Shown one piece after another: positions 9,645 through 17,220 of a stretch of DNA of 32,000 nt. The DNA is from Alkalilimnicola ehrlichii MLHE-1 (GTDB taxonomy: Bacteria > Pseudomonadota > Gammaproteobacteria > Nitrococcales > Halorhodospiraceae), in NCBI RefSeq assembly GCF_000014785.1, contig NC_008340.1:630001-662000 (forward strand). Direction: 5' to 3'. The position numbers were made by a program, and so were the translations under genes. Under the pieces are notes generated by a model that was given only the letters and a program-made list of their open reading frames with translations, was not told where the DNA came from and ran no database searches. Within the stretch, counting starts at the first letter, position 1. Each line of letters begins with the position of its first letter.

Positions 9645-10742
9645 ATGCGCGGTGAGGCCAGACCCACCCGGGCACGGATTCGACTGGAGGCCCTGCGCCA
9701 CAACTACCGGCTGCTGCGCAGCAGCGCGCCCGGCGCTCGGGTAATGGCGGTGATCAAGGCTGATGGCTACGGCCACGGAATCGACCGCGTAGCCCGCACG
9801 CTGGCCGGCGAGGCGGACTGTTTTGCGGTCAGCGGCGTGGACGAGGCAATGCCTATCCGCGCGGCCGGGGCCACCCAGCCGGTGGTGCTGCTGGGCGGCT
9901 TCTTCGCCGCCGCCGAGATCCCCCTGCATGTCCGCGAGGGTTTTCAGCCCGTCGTCCACTCCTGGTGGCAGGTGGAGGCGCTGGCCTCGGCCGGCCCTCA
10001 CGAATCGCTCGATGTCTGGATCAAGGTCGACAGCGGGATGCACCGCCTGGGCTTTCTGCCCGGTGAGGTGGCCGAGGTGCACCGCCGCCTTACCGCGCTG
10101 CCCAACCTGCGCCAGATCGGTTTCCTCACCCACTTGGCCGAGGCCGACGACCGTGACAGCCCGCGCACCCTGGAGCAACTGCGGGTCTTCGACCAGGCCT
10201 GTGCCGGCCTGCCCGGGCCGCGCAGCGCCGCCAACTCCGCCGGCACCCTGGGCTGGCCCGCCGCCCACTACGACTGGGTGCGCCCCGGTATCTCGCTGTA
10301 TGGCGCCTCGCCCTTCATCGACCAGGGCCGTCCTCGGCCCGACCTGCGCCCGGTGATGACCCTGGAGAGCGGTCTGATCAGCGTCAAACGGCTGCCCGCC
10401 GGGGCCCCCATCGGCTATGGCAGCACCTGGCGCTGCCCCGAGGCCATGCCGGTGGGGGTGGTCGCCATCGGCTATGGCGACGGTTATCCGCGCCACGCCC
10501 CGTCCGGCACCCCGGTGCGGGTGGACGGAGTGGAAAGCCAGCTCCTGGGCCGGGTCTCCATGGACCTGATCACCGTGGACCTGCGCCCCTGCCCGGAGGC
10601 CCGGCCGGGCGCACCGGTGGTGCTTTGGGGCGACGGCCTGCCGGCGGAGACCATCGCCGAGCGGGCCGGCACCATTGCCTACGAGCTCTACTGTCAGGTC
10701 ACCCCGCGTGCCCCGCGCCAGGTGGTGGCCCCGACCCGCTGA
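9645..10742 (+). CDS. alr: Alanine racemase
   Basis: 365 aa. RIRLEALRHNYRLLRSSAPGARVMAVIKADGYGHG (PLP-lysine motif), HVREGFQPVVHS, IGYGDGYPRHAP. Confidence 0.94.
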   Translation: MRGEARPTRARIRLEALRHNYRLLRSSAPGARVMAVIKADGYGHGIDRVARTLAGEADCFAVSGVDEAMPIRAAGATQPVVLLGGFFAAAEIPLHVREGFQPVVHSWWQVEALASAGPHESLDVWIKVDSGMHRLGFLPGEVAEVHRRLTALPNLRQIGFLTHLAEADDRDSPRTLEQLRVFDQACAGLPGPRSAANSAGTLGWPAAHYDWVRPGISLYGASPFIDQGRPRPDLRPVMTLESGLISVKRLPAGAPIGYGSTWRCPEAMPVGVVAIGYGDGYPRHAPSGTPVRVDGVESQLLGRVSMDLITVDLRPCPEARPGAPVVLWGDGLPAETIAERAGTIAYELYCQVTPRAPRQVVAPTR

Positions 10743-10777
10743 TCCATCCCCCGTATCGGAATCCGGGAAGGACATCC

Positions 10778-12133
10778 ATGGCCCGCACCAAGACCGAATT
10801 CGTCTGCACCGCCTGCGGCGGCGTCACCCCCAAGTGGCAGGGGCAGTGCCCCGACTGCGGGGCCTGGAACACCCTGGAGGAAACCACCCGCGCGCCCACC
10901 GCCCCCGGTAAGGGCCGCGCCGGGCTCGCCGCCCGCTCCACCGTGCAGACCCTGGACCAGGTGTCGCTGGAGGAGGAGGCCCGACAACGCACCCATTCGA
11001 CAGAGCTGGACCGGGTCCTCGGCGGCGGCCTGGTCAACGGCGCCGTGGTCCTGCTCGGCGGTGACCCCGGTATTGGCAAGTCCACCCTGCTGTTGCAGAC
11101 CCTGTCCAACCTCGCCCGCGACCACGCCGCCCTCTATGTCACCGGGGAGGAGTCGCTGCAGCAGGTGGCCCTGCGCGCCAGCCGGCTGGGTCTGCCCCGG
11201 GACCGGCTGGAGGTGCTGGCCGAGACCAGCGTGGAGGCCATGCTGGCCACCGCGGAAGCGCGCCGGCCCCGGGTCATGGTGGTGGACTCGGTGCAGACGG
11301 TGTTCACCGAGGCGTTGCAGTCCGCCCCCGGTTCCGTCTCCCAGGTGCGCGAGTCCGCCGCCCAACTGGTGCGCTACGCCAAGCGCAGCGGCACCGCGCT
11401 GTTCCTGGTGGGGCACGTGACCAAGGAGGGGGCGCTGGCCGGCCCGCGGGTGCTGGAGCACATGGTGGACACGGTGCTCTACTTCGAGAGTGATTCCGGC
11501 AGCCGGTTCCGCCTGCTGCGTGCGGTCAAGAACCGTTTCGGCGCGGCCAACGAGCTGGGGGTGTTCGCCATGCTGGAGGAGGGGTTGAAGGAGGTGCGCA
11601 ACCCCTCGGCCATCTTCCTCTCCCGCCACGAGGAGGCGGTCCCCGGCAGCCTGGTCACCGTGACCCGGGAGGGCAGCCGCCCACTGATGGTGGAGGTGCA
11701 GGCCCTGGTCGCCGACAGCCCCTTGAGCAACCCGCGCCGGGTGGCCGTGGGCCTGGACGGCAACCGGCTGTCACTGCTACTGGCGGTGCTGGCCCGCCAC
11801 GGCGGGGTAGCCCTGCACGGGCTGGATGTCTTTCTGAACGTGGTGGGGGGCGTGCGGGTCAGCGAAACCGCCAGCGACCTGCCCGCGGTGCTGGCGGTGC
11901 TCTCCAGCCTGCGCGACCGGCCGCTGCCGCTGGACACGGTGGTGTTCGGGGAGTTGGGCCTGTCCGGCGAGATCCGGCCGGTGCCCAATGGCGAGGAGCG
12001 CCTCGTCGAAGCGGCCAAGCACGGCTTCCGCCGCGCCGTGGTACCGCGCAAGAACCGGCCCAGGAAGCCGCCCGAGGGGCTGGAGGTCATCGGCGTCGAG
12101 CGCCTGCAGGAGGCGATGGAAGCGGTCTTCTGA
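10778..12133 (+). CDS. radA: DNA repair protein RadA (Sms)
   Basis: MARTKTEFVCTACGGVTPKWQGQCPDCGAWNTLEE zinc finger, GGDPGIGKSTLLLQ Walker A, KNRFGAANELGVFAM motif, C-terminal Lon-like domain. Start set at ATG 10778 rather than the ORF-track extension. Confidence 0.95.
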   Translation: MARTKTEFVCTACGGVTPKWQGQCPDCGAWNTLEETTRAPTAPGKGRAGLAARSTVQTLDQVSLEEEARQRTHSTELDRVLGGGLVNGAVVLLGGDPGIGKSTLLLQTLSNLARDHAALYVTGEESLQQVALRASRLGLPRDRLEVLAETSVEAMLATAEARRPRVMVVDSVQTVFTEALQSAPGSVSQVRESAAQLVRYAKRSGTALFLVGHVTKEGALAGPRVLEHMVDTVLYFESDSGSRFRLLRAVKNRFGAANELGVFAMLEEGLKEVRNPSAIFLSRHEEAVPGSLVTVTREGSRPLMVEVQALVADSPLSNPRRVAVGLDGNRLSLLLAVLARHGGVALHGLDVFLNVVGGVRVSETASDLPAVLAVLSSLRDRPLPLDTVVFGELGLSGEIRPVPNGEERLVEAAKHGFRRAVVPRKNRPRKPPEGLEVIGVERLQEAMEAVF

Positions 12134-12171
12134 CCGACCCCGCCCCGGGGTCAGGGGCGGCCCCTCCGTGG

Positions 12172-12480
12172 CGCCCCCACCGTCACTGCGAGCGGGGACC
12201 TCCCCCACTGCCACTGCGAGCGGGGACCTCCCCCACCGTCACTGCGAGGAGGCGAAGCCGACGTGGCAGTCTACCGCCCTGGATCGCCACGGGCCTTCGG
12301 CCCTCGCGATGACGGGGGAAAGCCTTCGGCCCTCGCGATGACGGGGGAAAGCCTTCGGCCCTCGCGATGACGGGGGAAAGCCTTCAGCCCTCGCGATGAC
12401 GGGGGCGGGCCCCCACTGTCACTGCGAGCCCCCGAAGGGGGCGTGGCAGTCCATGCGGCGTTTGGATCGCCACCTCGCTG
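12172..12480. repeat. Composite repeat locus between convergent radA and pilZ-domain gene: 28-bp units, one full 78-bp hairpin element, 29-bp tandem units, one diverged copy
   Basis: CACTGCGAG starts at 12185, 12213 and 12241 (28-bp period). GCCTTCRG starts at 12294, 12323, 12352 and 12381 (29-bp period). Diverged copy at about 12418-12480 (TGTCACTGCGAGCCCCCGAAGGGGGCGTGGCAGTC...GGATCGCCACCTCGC). Confidence 0.9.
12238..12315 (+). repeat. 78-bp imperfect palindromic dispersed element, copy A
   Basis: CGTCACTGCGAGGAGGCGAAGCCGACGTGGCAGTCTACCGCCCTGGATCGCCACGGGCCTTCGGCCCTCGCGATGACG. The two halves are imperfect reverse complements. Confidence 0.88.
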
Positions 12481-12483
12481 GTC

Positions 12484-12861
12484 TTACTCCTCCGGCGCCA
12501 CCAGCTGCTCCAACTCCCGGTGGATCAGCTCCACATCGCCGGAGTTGGCCTCCAATAACTGGCGCAGCAGGGTCAAACTGTCCACATCGATGCGCTCGCA
12601 CCGAAAGCCGATGACGCTGCCATGCAGGTGAGCCGGCTTCACCTCCATCCGCACCACATCCTGCTCGCTCAGCTTAAGCGTCAGGGCGTAGCGGGCGTCG
12701 CTGTCGGCGGTGCGCCCCCAGGCCGGGGGTACGGCGAGCAGCGCCCCCTTCATGGAGAGGTCCTCCACCTCGACGGGCACTGAGCCCTCCGGGCCTTCGA
12801 GCTCCGCGGGGGCCTCGAAGCGCACCCGGGTGAAGCGCCGGCGATCTGCGGGGTCGGTCAT
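12484..12861 (-). CDS. PilZ domain-containing protein
   Basis: 125 aa MTDPADRRRFTRVRFEAPAELEGPEGSVPVEVEDLSMKGALLAVPPAW. RRRFTRVRF and DLSMKGALL match the PilZ RxxxR / D(N)SxxG pattern. Confidence 0.8.
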   Translation of the reverse strand: MTDPADRRRFTRVRFEAPAELEGPEGSVPVEVEDLSMKGALLAVPPAWGRTADSDARYALTLKLSEQDVVRMEVKPAHLHGSVIGFRCERIDVDSLTLLRQLLEANSGDVELIHRELEQLVAPEE

Positions 12862-12914
12862 CTGGCGTCTCCTGGCCCGTGCCGAGGGGGAATGTCCCTC
12901 AACTATAGAGGGGT

Positions 12915-13775
12915 TCAGGCGCGGCTGTCACGGGCCTCGGCGGCGGCCAGGGTATTCGCCATCAGGGTGGCCACAGTCATCGGGCCGACGCCACCCGGCA
13001 CCGGGGTGATCCAGCCGGCCAGCTCGCGGGCAGCGGCGAAGTCCACGTCGCCGGTGAGCTTGCCGGACTCCAGCCGGTTGATACCCACGTCAATGACCAC
13101 TGCCCCGGGCTTGATCCAGTCGCCGGGGACGAAGCCGGGCCGGCCCACCGCGGCCACCACGATGTCGGCGGCCCGCACCCGATCGGCCAGGTTCCGCGTG
13201 CGGCTGTGGCAGATGGTGATGGTGCACCGGGCGTTGAGCAGCTCCATCGCCATAGGCCGGCCGACGATGTTGGATTGGCCGATGATCACCGCGTCCTTGC
13301 CCTCCAACTCGATGCCCGCGTGCGCGAGCATGGTCATTACCCCATTCGGGGTGCAGGGCCGCAGGCCGGGCAGGCGCAGGGTCAGGCGGCCCATGTTGAC
13401 CGGATGGAAGCCGTCCACGTCCTTGTCCGGGTGGATGCGGTCAATGACCGTCTGCTCGTCGATGTGATCGGGCAGGGGCAGTTGCACCAGGATGCCGTCG
13501 ATCTCGTCACGGCCGTTCAGCTCGTCCACCAGGGCGAGCAGCTCGTCCTGGGTGGTCTCTGCGGGTAGTTCGTGGGCGCTGGAGTGCATGCCCAGTTGCT
13601 CGCAGGCCTGGCGCTTCTTGCCCACATAGACGGTGGACGCCGGGTCCGCCCCCACCAGGACCACGGCCAGCCCCGGGCGCCGTCCGCCCCGTTCGACACG
13701 GGCCTCCACCTGCTTGCGTACCTGCTCCCGTAGTTCTGCGGCGATGGCCTTACCATCCAGAATCTGTGCGCTCAT
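12915..13775 (-). CDS. folD: Methylenetetrahydrofolate dehydrogenase / methenyltetrahydrofolate cyclohydrolase
   Basis: 286 aa [19 protein letters not shown]...[22 protein letters not shown]...[16 protein letters not shown]...[22 protein letters not shown]...[34 protein letters not shown]. Confidence 0.95.
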   Translation of the reverse strand: MSAQILDGKAIAAELREQVRKQVEARVERGGRRPGLAVVLVGADPASTVYVGKKRQACEQLGMHSSAHELPAETTQDELLALVDELNGRDEIDGILVQLPLPDHIDEQTVIDRIHPDKDVDGFHPVNMGRLTLRLPGLRPCTPNGVMTMLAHAGIELEGKDAVIIGQSNIVGRPMAMELLNARCTITICHSRTRNLADRVRAADIVVAAVGRPGFVPGDWIKPGAVVIDVGINRLESGKLTGDVDFAAARELAGWITPVPGGVGPMTVATLMANTLAAAEARDSRA

Positions 13776-13898
13776 GCTGGGTTCCTGCTGATCACGGGTG
13801 GGGGTGTCCGCGGTGAACCACCGCGTCAGGGGGCGGATTTTGTCATGGCGGCGTGGTCGCCTCAACTTGGGGCGCGAAACTTGGGGGCGTAAATCCAT

Positions 13899-13927
13899 TT
13901 GACCCGCCCCCGGGGCGGTTGTATTAT
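13899..13927 (+). promoter_or_regulatory. Putative strong sigma-70 promoter of the tRNA cluster
   Basis: TTGACC (13899-13904), 17-bp spacer, TATTAT (13922-13927), about 40 bp upstream of the first tRNA. Confidence 0.65.
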
Positions 13928-13968
13928 TTGCCTCCCGATCACGCTGCCCGGGCAGCCGGGTATTGCAA

Positions 13969-14045
13969 CGGGGTGTAGCGCAGTCTGGTAGCGCTCCTGC
14001 TTTGGGAGCAGGAAGTCGGGGGTTCAAATCCCTCCACCCCGACCA
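13969..14045 (+). tRNA. tRNA-Pro (anticodon TGG)
   Basis: CGGGGTG acceptor pairs with CACCCCG-A-CCA. Anticodon arm CCTGC-TTTGGGA-GCAGG. T arm GGGGGTTCAAATCCCTC. CCA encoded. Confidence 0.95.
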
Positions 14046-14093
14046 AATCCTGCGAACAGGCAGGGCCGAGTCGGCTGGGCCAGGGCAACACAA

Positions 14094-14170
14094 GCGCCCG
14101 TAGCTCAATCGGATAGAGCATCGGCCTTCTAAGCCGACGGTTGCAGGTTCGAGTCCTGCCGGGCGCGCCA
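14094..14170 (+). tRNA. tRNA-Arg (anticodon TCT)
   Basis: GCGCCCG acceptor pairs with CGGGCGC-G-CCA. Anticodon arm TCGGC-CTTCTAA-GCCGA. T arm CAGGTTCGAGTCCTG. Confidence 0.95.
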
Positions 14171-14206
14171 GTTCCGGCCCCGCAGGCAGCGTTGTGTAAG
14201 CATTAT

Positions 14207-14283
14207 GGTGGGCGTAGCTCAGTTGGTAGAGCTCCGGATTGTGGCTCCGGCGGTCGTGGGTTCAAATCCCATCGCTCACCCCA
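14207..14283 (+). tRNA. tRNA-His (anticodon GTG) with genomically encoded G-1
   Basis: G + GTGGGCG acceptor pairs with CGCTCAC-C-CCA. Anticodon arm with ATTGTGG loop region. T arm GTGGGTTCAAATCCCAT. Confidence 0.95.
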
Positions 14284-14289
14284 TCTTCA

Positions 14290-14365
<76 letters not shown>

Positions 14366-14373
14366 CTCCCGGA

Positions 14374-14405
14374 AAGCCCGGCCGATGCCCTCGGCCGGGC
14401 TTTTT
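14374..14405 (+). terminator. Rho-independent terminator of tRNA cluster
   Basis: AAAGCCCGGCCGATGCCCTCGGCCGGGCTTTTT: 10-bp GC stem (GCCCGGCCGA/TCGGCCGGGC) with T-run. Confidence 0.9.
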
Positions 14406-14452
14406 CGTATGCGCTGGCGGCGGATGGCCCGAATGCGGATCAGGCCGCCGGA

Positions 14453-15253
14453 TCAATTCGGTGCCGCTTGTCTCCGCGCGCCCCGGTAGGCCAATGCCAG
14501 CAGCACGCCCCCGCCCAGGATCATCGGCAGCGACAGGACCTGCCCCATGGTCACCCAGCCGAAGGCCAGGTAACCGATGTGCTCGTCCGGGAGGCGCACG
14601 AACTCCACCAGGAAGCGGAAACTGCCGTAGGCCACCAGAAAGACCCCGCTCACCGCCATCGCCGGGCGCGGCCGGCGGGAGAACCACCAGACGATGAGGA
14701 ACAGCACCAGCCCCTCCAACAGGGCCTGGTAGAGCTGGGAAGGATGGCGGGGGTCGGGGCCCAGTGGCGGGTAGACCATGGCCCAGGGCAGGTTGCTGGG
14801 CGCGCCCCAGAGTTCGCCATTGATGAAGTTGCCGATGCGGCCGAAGCCGAGGCCCGGCGGGATCAGCGGGGCGACAAAGTCGGTCATGCGGAAAAAGCCG
14901 CAGCCGAGGCGGCGCTGGAAGAGCCAGCAGGCAAGAAAGACCCCGAGCATGCCGCCGTGGAACGACATGCCGCCCTCCCAGAGGCGCAATAGCGAGAGCG
15001 GATCGGCCGCAAGCCCCCCCAGGTTGTAGAAGAGGTGGTAGCCCAGCTTGCCCCCCACCACCACCCCCACGGCGATGTAGAAGACCAGATCGTCCACCTG
15101 GGCGGGGGTCAGCGGGGAGTGCGGCCGCCGGGCGCGCAGGCGGCCGAGCCACCAGCCGGCGGCAAAGCCGAAGACATACATCAGGCCATACCAGTGAACG
15201 GCCAGCGGACCGAGCTGGATGGCGACGGGGTCGATATCGGGGTAAGTGAGCAT
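14453..15253 (-). CDS. lgt: Prolipoprotein diacylglyceryl transferase
   Basis: 266 aa from [38 protein letters not shown]. Signature HGGMLG / [26 protein letters not shown]. Confidence 0.95.
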   Translation of the reverse strand: MLTYPDIDPVAIQLGPLAVHWYGLMYVFGFAAGWWLGRLRARRPHSPLTPAQVDDLVFYIAVGVVVGGKLGYHLFYNLGGLAADPLSLLRLWEGGMSFHGGMLGVFLACWLFQRRLGCGFFRMTDFVAPLIPPGLGFGRIGNFINGELWGAPSNLPWAMVYPPLGPDPRHPSQLYQALLEGLVLFLIVWWFSRRPRPAMAVSGVFLVAYGSFRFLVEFVRLPDEHIGYLAFGWVTMGQVLSLPMILGGGVLLALAYRGARRQAAPN

Positions 15254-15359
15254 GGGGGCATGATACCCGTTATGGCCGCCGCACCGCACGGCCATGGCAC
15301 CCCGCGCGAGCCCTGCCGGCCGCTGCCCGGGCCCGAATCAACGACGAACGGCGCACCCG

Positions 15360-15437
15360 CGTCATCGCCAGGGCCGAAGGCCCGTGGCGATTCAGGGCGG
15401 TGGACTGCCGCGTCGGCTTCGCCTCCTCGCAGTGACG
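15360..15437 (-). repeat. 78-bp imperfect palindromic dispersed element, copy B (inverted relative to copy A)
   Basis: Reverse complement CGTCACTGCGAGGAGGCGAAGCCGACGCGGCAGTCCACCGCCCTGAATCGCCACGGGCCTTCGGCCCTGGCGATGACG differs from copy A at 4 of 78 positions by eye. Confidence 0.9.
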
Positions 15438-15627
15438 GTGGGGGCGCGTCCACCCAGCCCGGTTCTTCAGCGGGCGCGTTAGGTTTTGGGCTCTAGTGGC
15501 TGGTTGTCTTCCCTTTTTCCGCCACGAACAGGGTGTTGCGCGGATAAAACAGCAATCGTAGCGGGGTGAATCCGCCGAGTGTCGTTAAAAAACAACGCCA
15601 GGGCCTTAATTTTTTGGGTGTTTGGGC

Positions 15628-15656
15628 TTGCACACCCCTGGGGCATGTTGTATAAA
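15628..15656 (+). promoter_or_regulatory. Putative promoter of first porin gene
   Basis: TTGCAC (15628-15633), 17-bp spacer, TATAAA (15651-15656). Confidence 0.6.
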
Positions 15657-15764
15657 AGGCCCACGTGACGTTGCCACGCGACATCACCAAGAAATGTTGC
15701 AATAAAGCAACAGACCCGAGAGGGAAGCGAAATTCGCCGCTAAGTTTCTGAGGAGAAACGCCCC

Positions 15765-16871
15765 ATGAAAAAGATCATCACCTTTGCCGCCGCCGCGGCC
15801 ATGGCCTCCCCGCTGGCCATCGCCACTGCTGCTGCTGGCGACCTGGACATCTACGGCCGCGCCCACATCTCCGTCGACCACCTGGACGACGACACCGATT
15901 CCAGCCAGTACCTGATGAGCAACAGCTCCCGTCTGGGTGTCCGTGGTTCCGAGTACCTGGGCATGGGGCTGACCGGTCTGTTCCAGTACGAGACCGCGGT
16001 GGATCTTGTTGACGGCGGTGGCAGTGGCCTGTTCGGCCAGGGCCGTGACAGCTACCTGGGTCTGACCGGCGACTTCGGTACCCTGCTGGGTGGCCGTCTG
16101 TCCGGTCCGCTCAAGAGCGCCGTCGATCGCACCAACGTCATGATCGACCAGCTGGGCGACGCCCACAACCTGCTGAGCACCGCCGTGACCCTGGGCGTGC
16201 CCGGCAACAACGTGCGGCACAACAACGTGCTGGCCTACGTGACCCCGAGCTTCGAAGGCTTCAACGCCACCTTCGTCTACGGCCCCCGCCAGGGCACCGA
16301 CAAGGGTGACCGCTTCGTGATCCAGCCTGAGTTCAACGGCCAGGTCGGCGCCGGCAACCTGTTCGTCGCCCTGGGTTACCTGCGTGCCAACGAGGGCGTT
16401 GTAAACGCTGCGGCTGGTGCTCAGGTCGATGAGACCCACGAGGTCTGGCAGCTGGTCGCTGAGTATAAGGAGGCCGGCAACTGGCGCATCATGGGTGTCT
16501 ACCAGGACTACAGCTCCAGCGACACCTTCGATCTGCTGTTCAACGGCAACGGCGATGACCGTGTCTACGGCATCGGCGCCGGCTTCTACATTGCCCCGAG
16601 CACCGAGCTGAAGGGCCAGGTCATGTTCTATGACGCCGACCGGTCCAACGCCGACTCCGACATGTTCGCCCTGGCGGTGGATCACCACCTGACCGACCGC
16701 ACCAAGGTGTACGGTAACTGGGCCATGATCAAGAACGACGACAACGTCGCGCGGATCATGCACAACTACGGCCACGGCTCCGGCACCAACAACATTGGTG
16801 ACGAGGGCACCACTCCTGCGCTGGGCGACGACCAGTGGGGCGTGTCCTTCGGTGTGCAGCACAACTTCTGA
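15765..16871 (+). CDS. Outer-membrane porin (Gram-negative general porin family), acidic
   Basis: 368 aa. Signal peptide MKKIITFAAAAAMASPLAIATAAA then GDLDIYGRAHISVDH...SRLGVRGSEYLGMGLTGLFQYE...VYGPRQGTDKG...SFGVQHNF with C-terminal Phe. Confidence 0.92.
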   Translation: MKKIITFAAAAAMASPLAIATAAAGDLDIYGRAHISVDHLDDDTDSSQYLMSNSSRLGVRGSEYLGMGLTGLFQYETAVDLVDGGGSGLFGQGRDSYLGLTGDFGTLLGGRLSGPLKSAVDRTNVMIDQLGDAHNLLSTAVTLGVPGNNVRHNNVLAYVTPSFEGFNATFVYGPRQGTDKGDRFVIQPEFNGQVGAGNLFVALGYLRANEGVVNAAAGAQVDETHEVWQLVAEYKEAGNWRIMGVYQDYSSSDTFDLLFNGNGDDRVYGIGAGFYIAPSTELKGQVMFYDADRSNADSDMFALAVDHHLTDRTKVYGNWAMIKNDDNVARIMHNYGHGSGTNNIGDEGTTPALGDDQWGVSFGVQHNF

Positions 16872-16895
16872 TCGCGCTCCAGCGGTTGTGTGAAG

Positions 16896-16960
16896 GCCAG
16901 CCCGCGCTGCGCGGGCTGGCATGAAAAGGCGGCCACCCGAGAGGGTGGCCGCTTTTTTTT
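16896..16960 (+). terminator. Hairpin plus rho-independent terminator after first porin
   Basis: GCCAGCCCGCG-CTG-CGCGGGCTGGC (16896-16920), then GCGGCCACCC-GAGA-GGGTGGCCGC + T-run (16929-16960). Confidence 0.9.
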
Positions 16961-17099
16961 GACCGGTTTCCTCCGGTCACCTCGTGGCCACTGTGCCTTG
17001 GTGTTGCACTGTAGTGGTGCGCCTGCCGTGGTCGGGGTGGGTATCAGCACCATCGTTGGGCAAAAGCAACAGATCACGTGTTGCGGTGCAAAAAAATGC

Positions 17100-17128
17100 T
17101 TGCAGTCTGTTGCCAAAACCCCTAAAAC
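17100..17128 (+). promoter_or_regulatory. Putative promoter of second porin gene
   Basis: TTGCAG (17100-17105), 17-bp spacer, TAAAAC (17123-17128). Same architecture as the first porin promoter. Confidence 0.45.
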
Positions 17129-17220
17129 AGTCCTCAGCAGTGAGGTGAGACACACGGTGGCCGTTGTGTTTTAGCAACACTCGCTGCGTCTCCACTGGCA
17201 AGCAGGCAAGGACTGACACT

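Noticed and set aside
10625-10777. Upstream extension of the radA ORF overlapping alr
   Set aside because: The RadA zinc-finger N-terminus begins at MARTKTEFVCTACGG (ATG 10778) with GGAAGGA upstream. The extension overlaps alr coding sequence.
12172-12408. 28/29-bp periodic repeats resembling a CRISPR array
   Set aside because: The units are directly contiguous with no unique spacers. They derive from the two arms of one palindromic element, and no cas genes are present. This is tandem amplification, not CRISPR.
12915-14108. N-terminal extension of the folD ORF and the adjacent ORF 13939-14121 (peptides [23 protein letters not shown] and [27 protein letters not shown])
   Set aside because: These peptides come from reading antisense through the tRNA genes, a well-known annotation artefact. 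folD starts at 13775.
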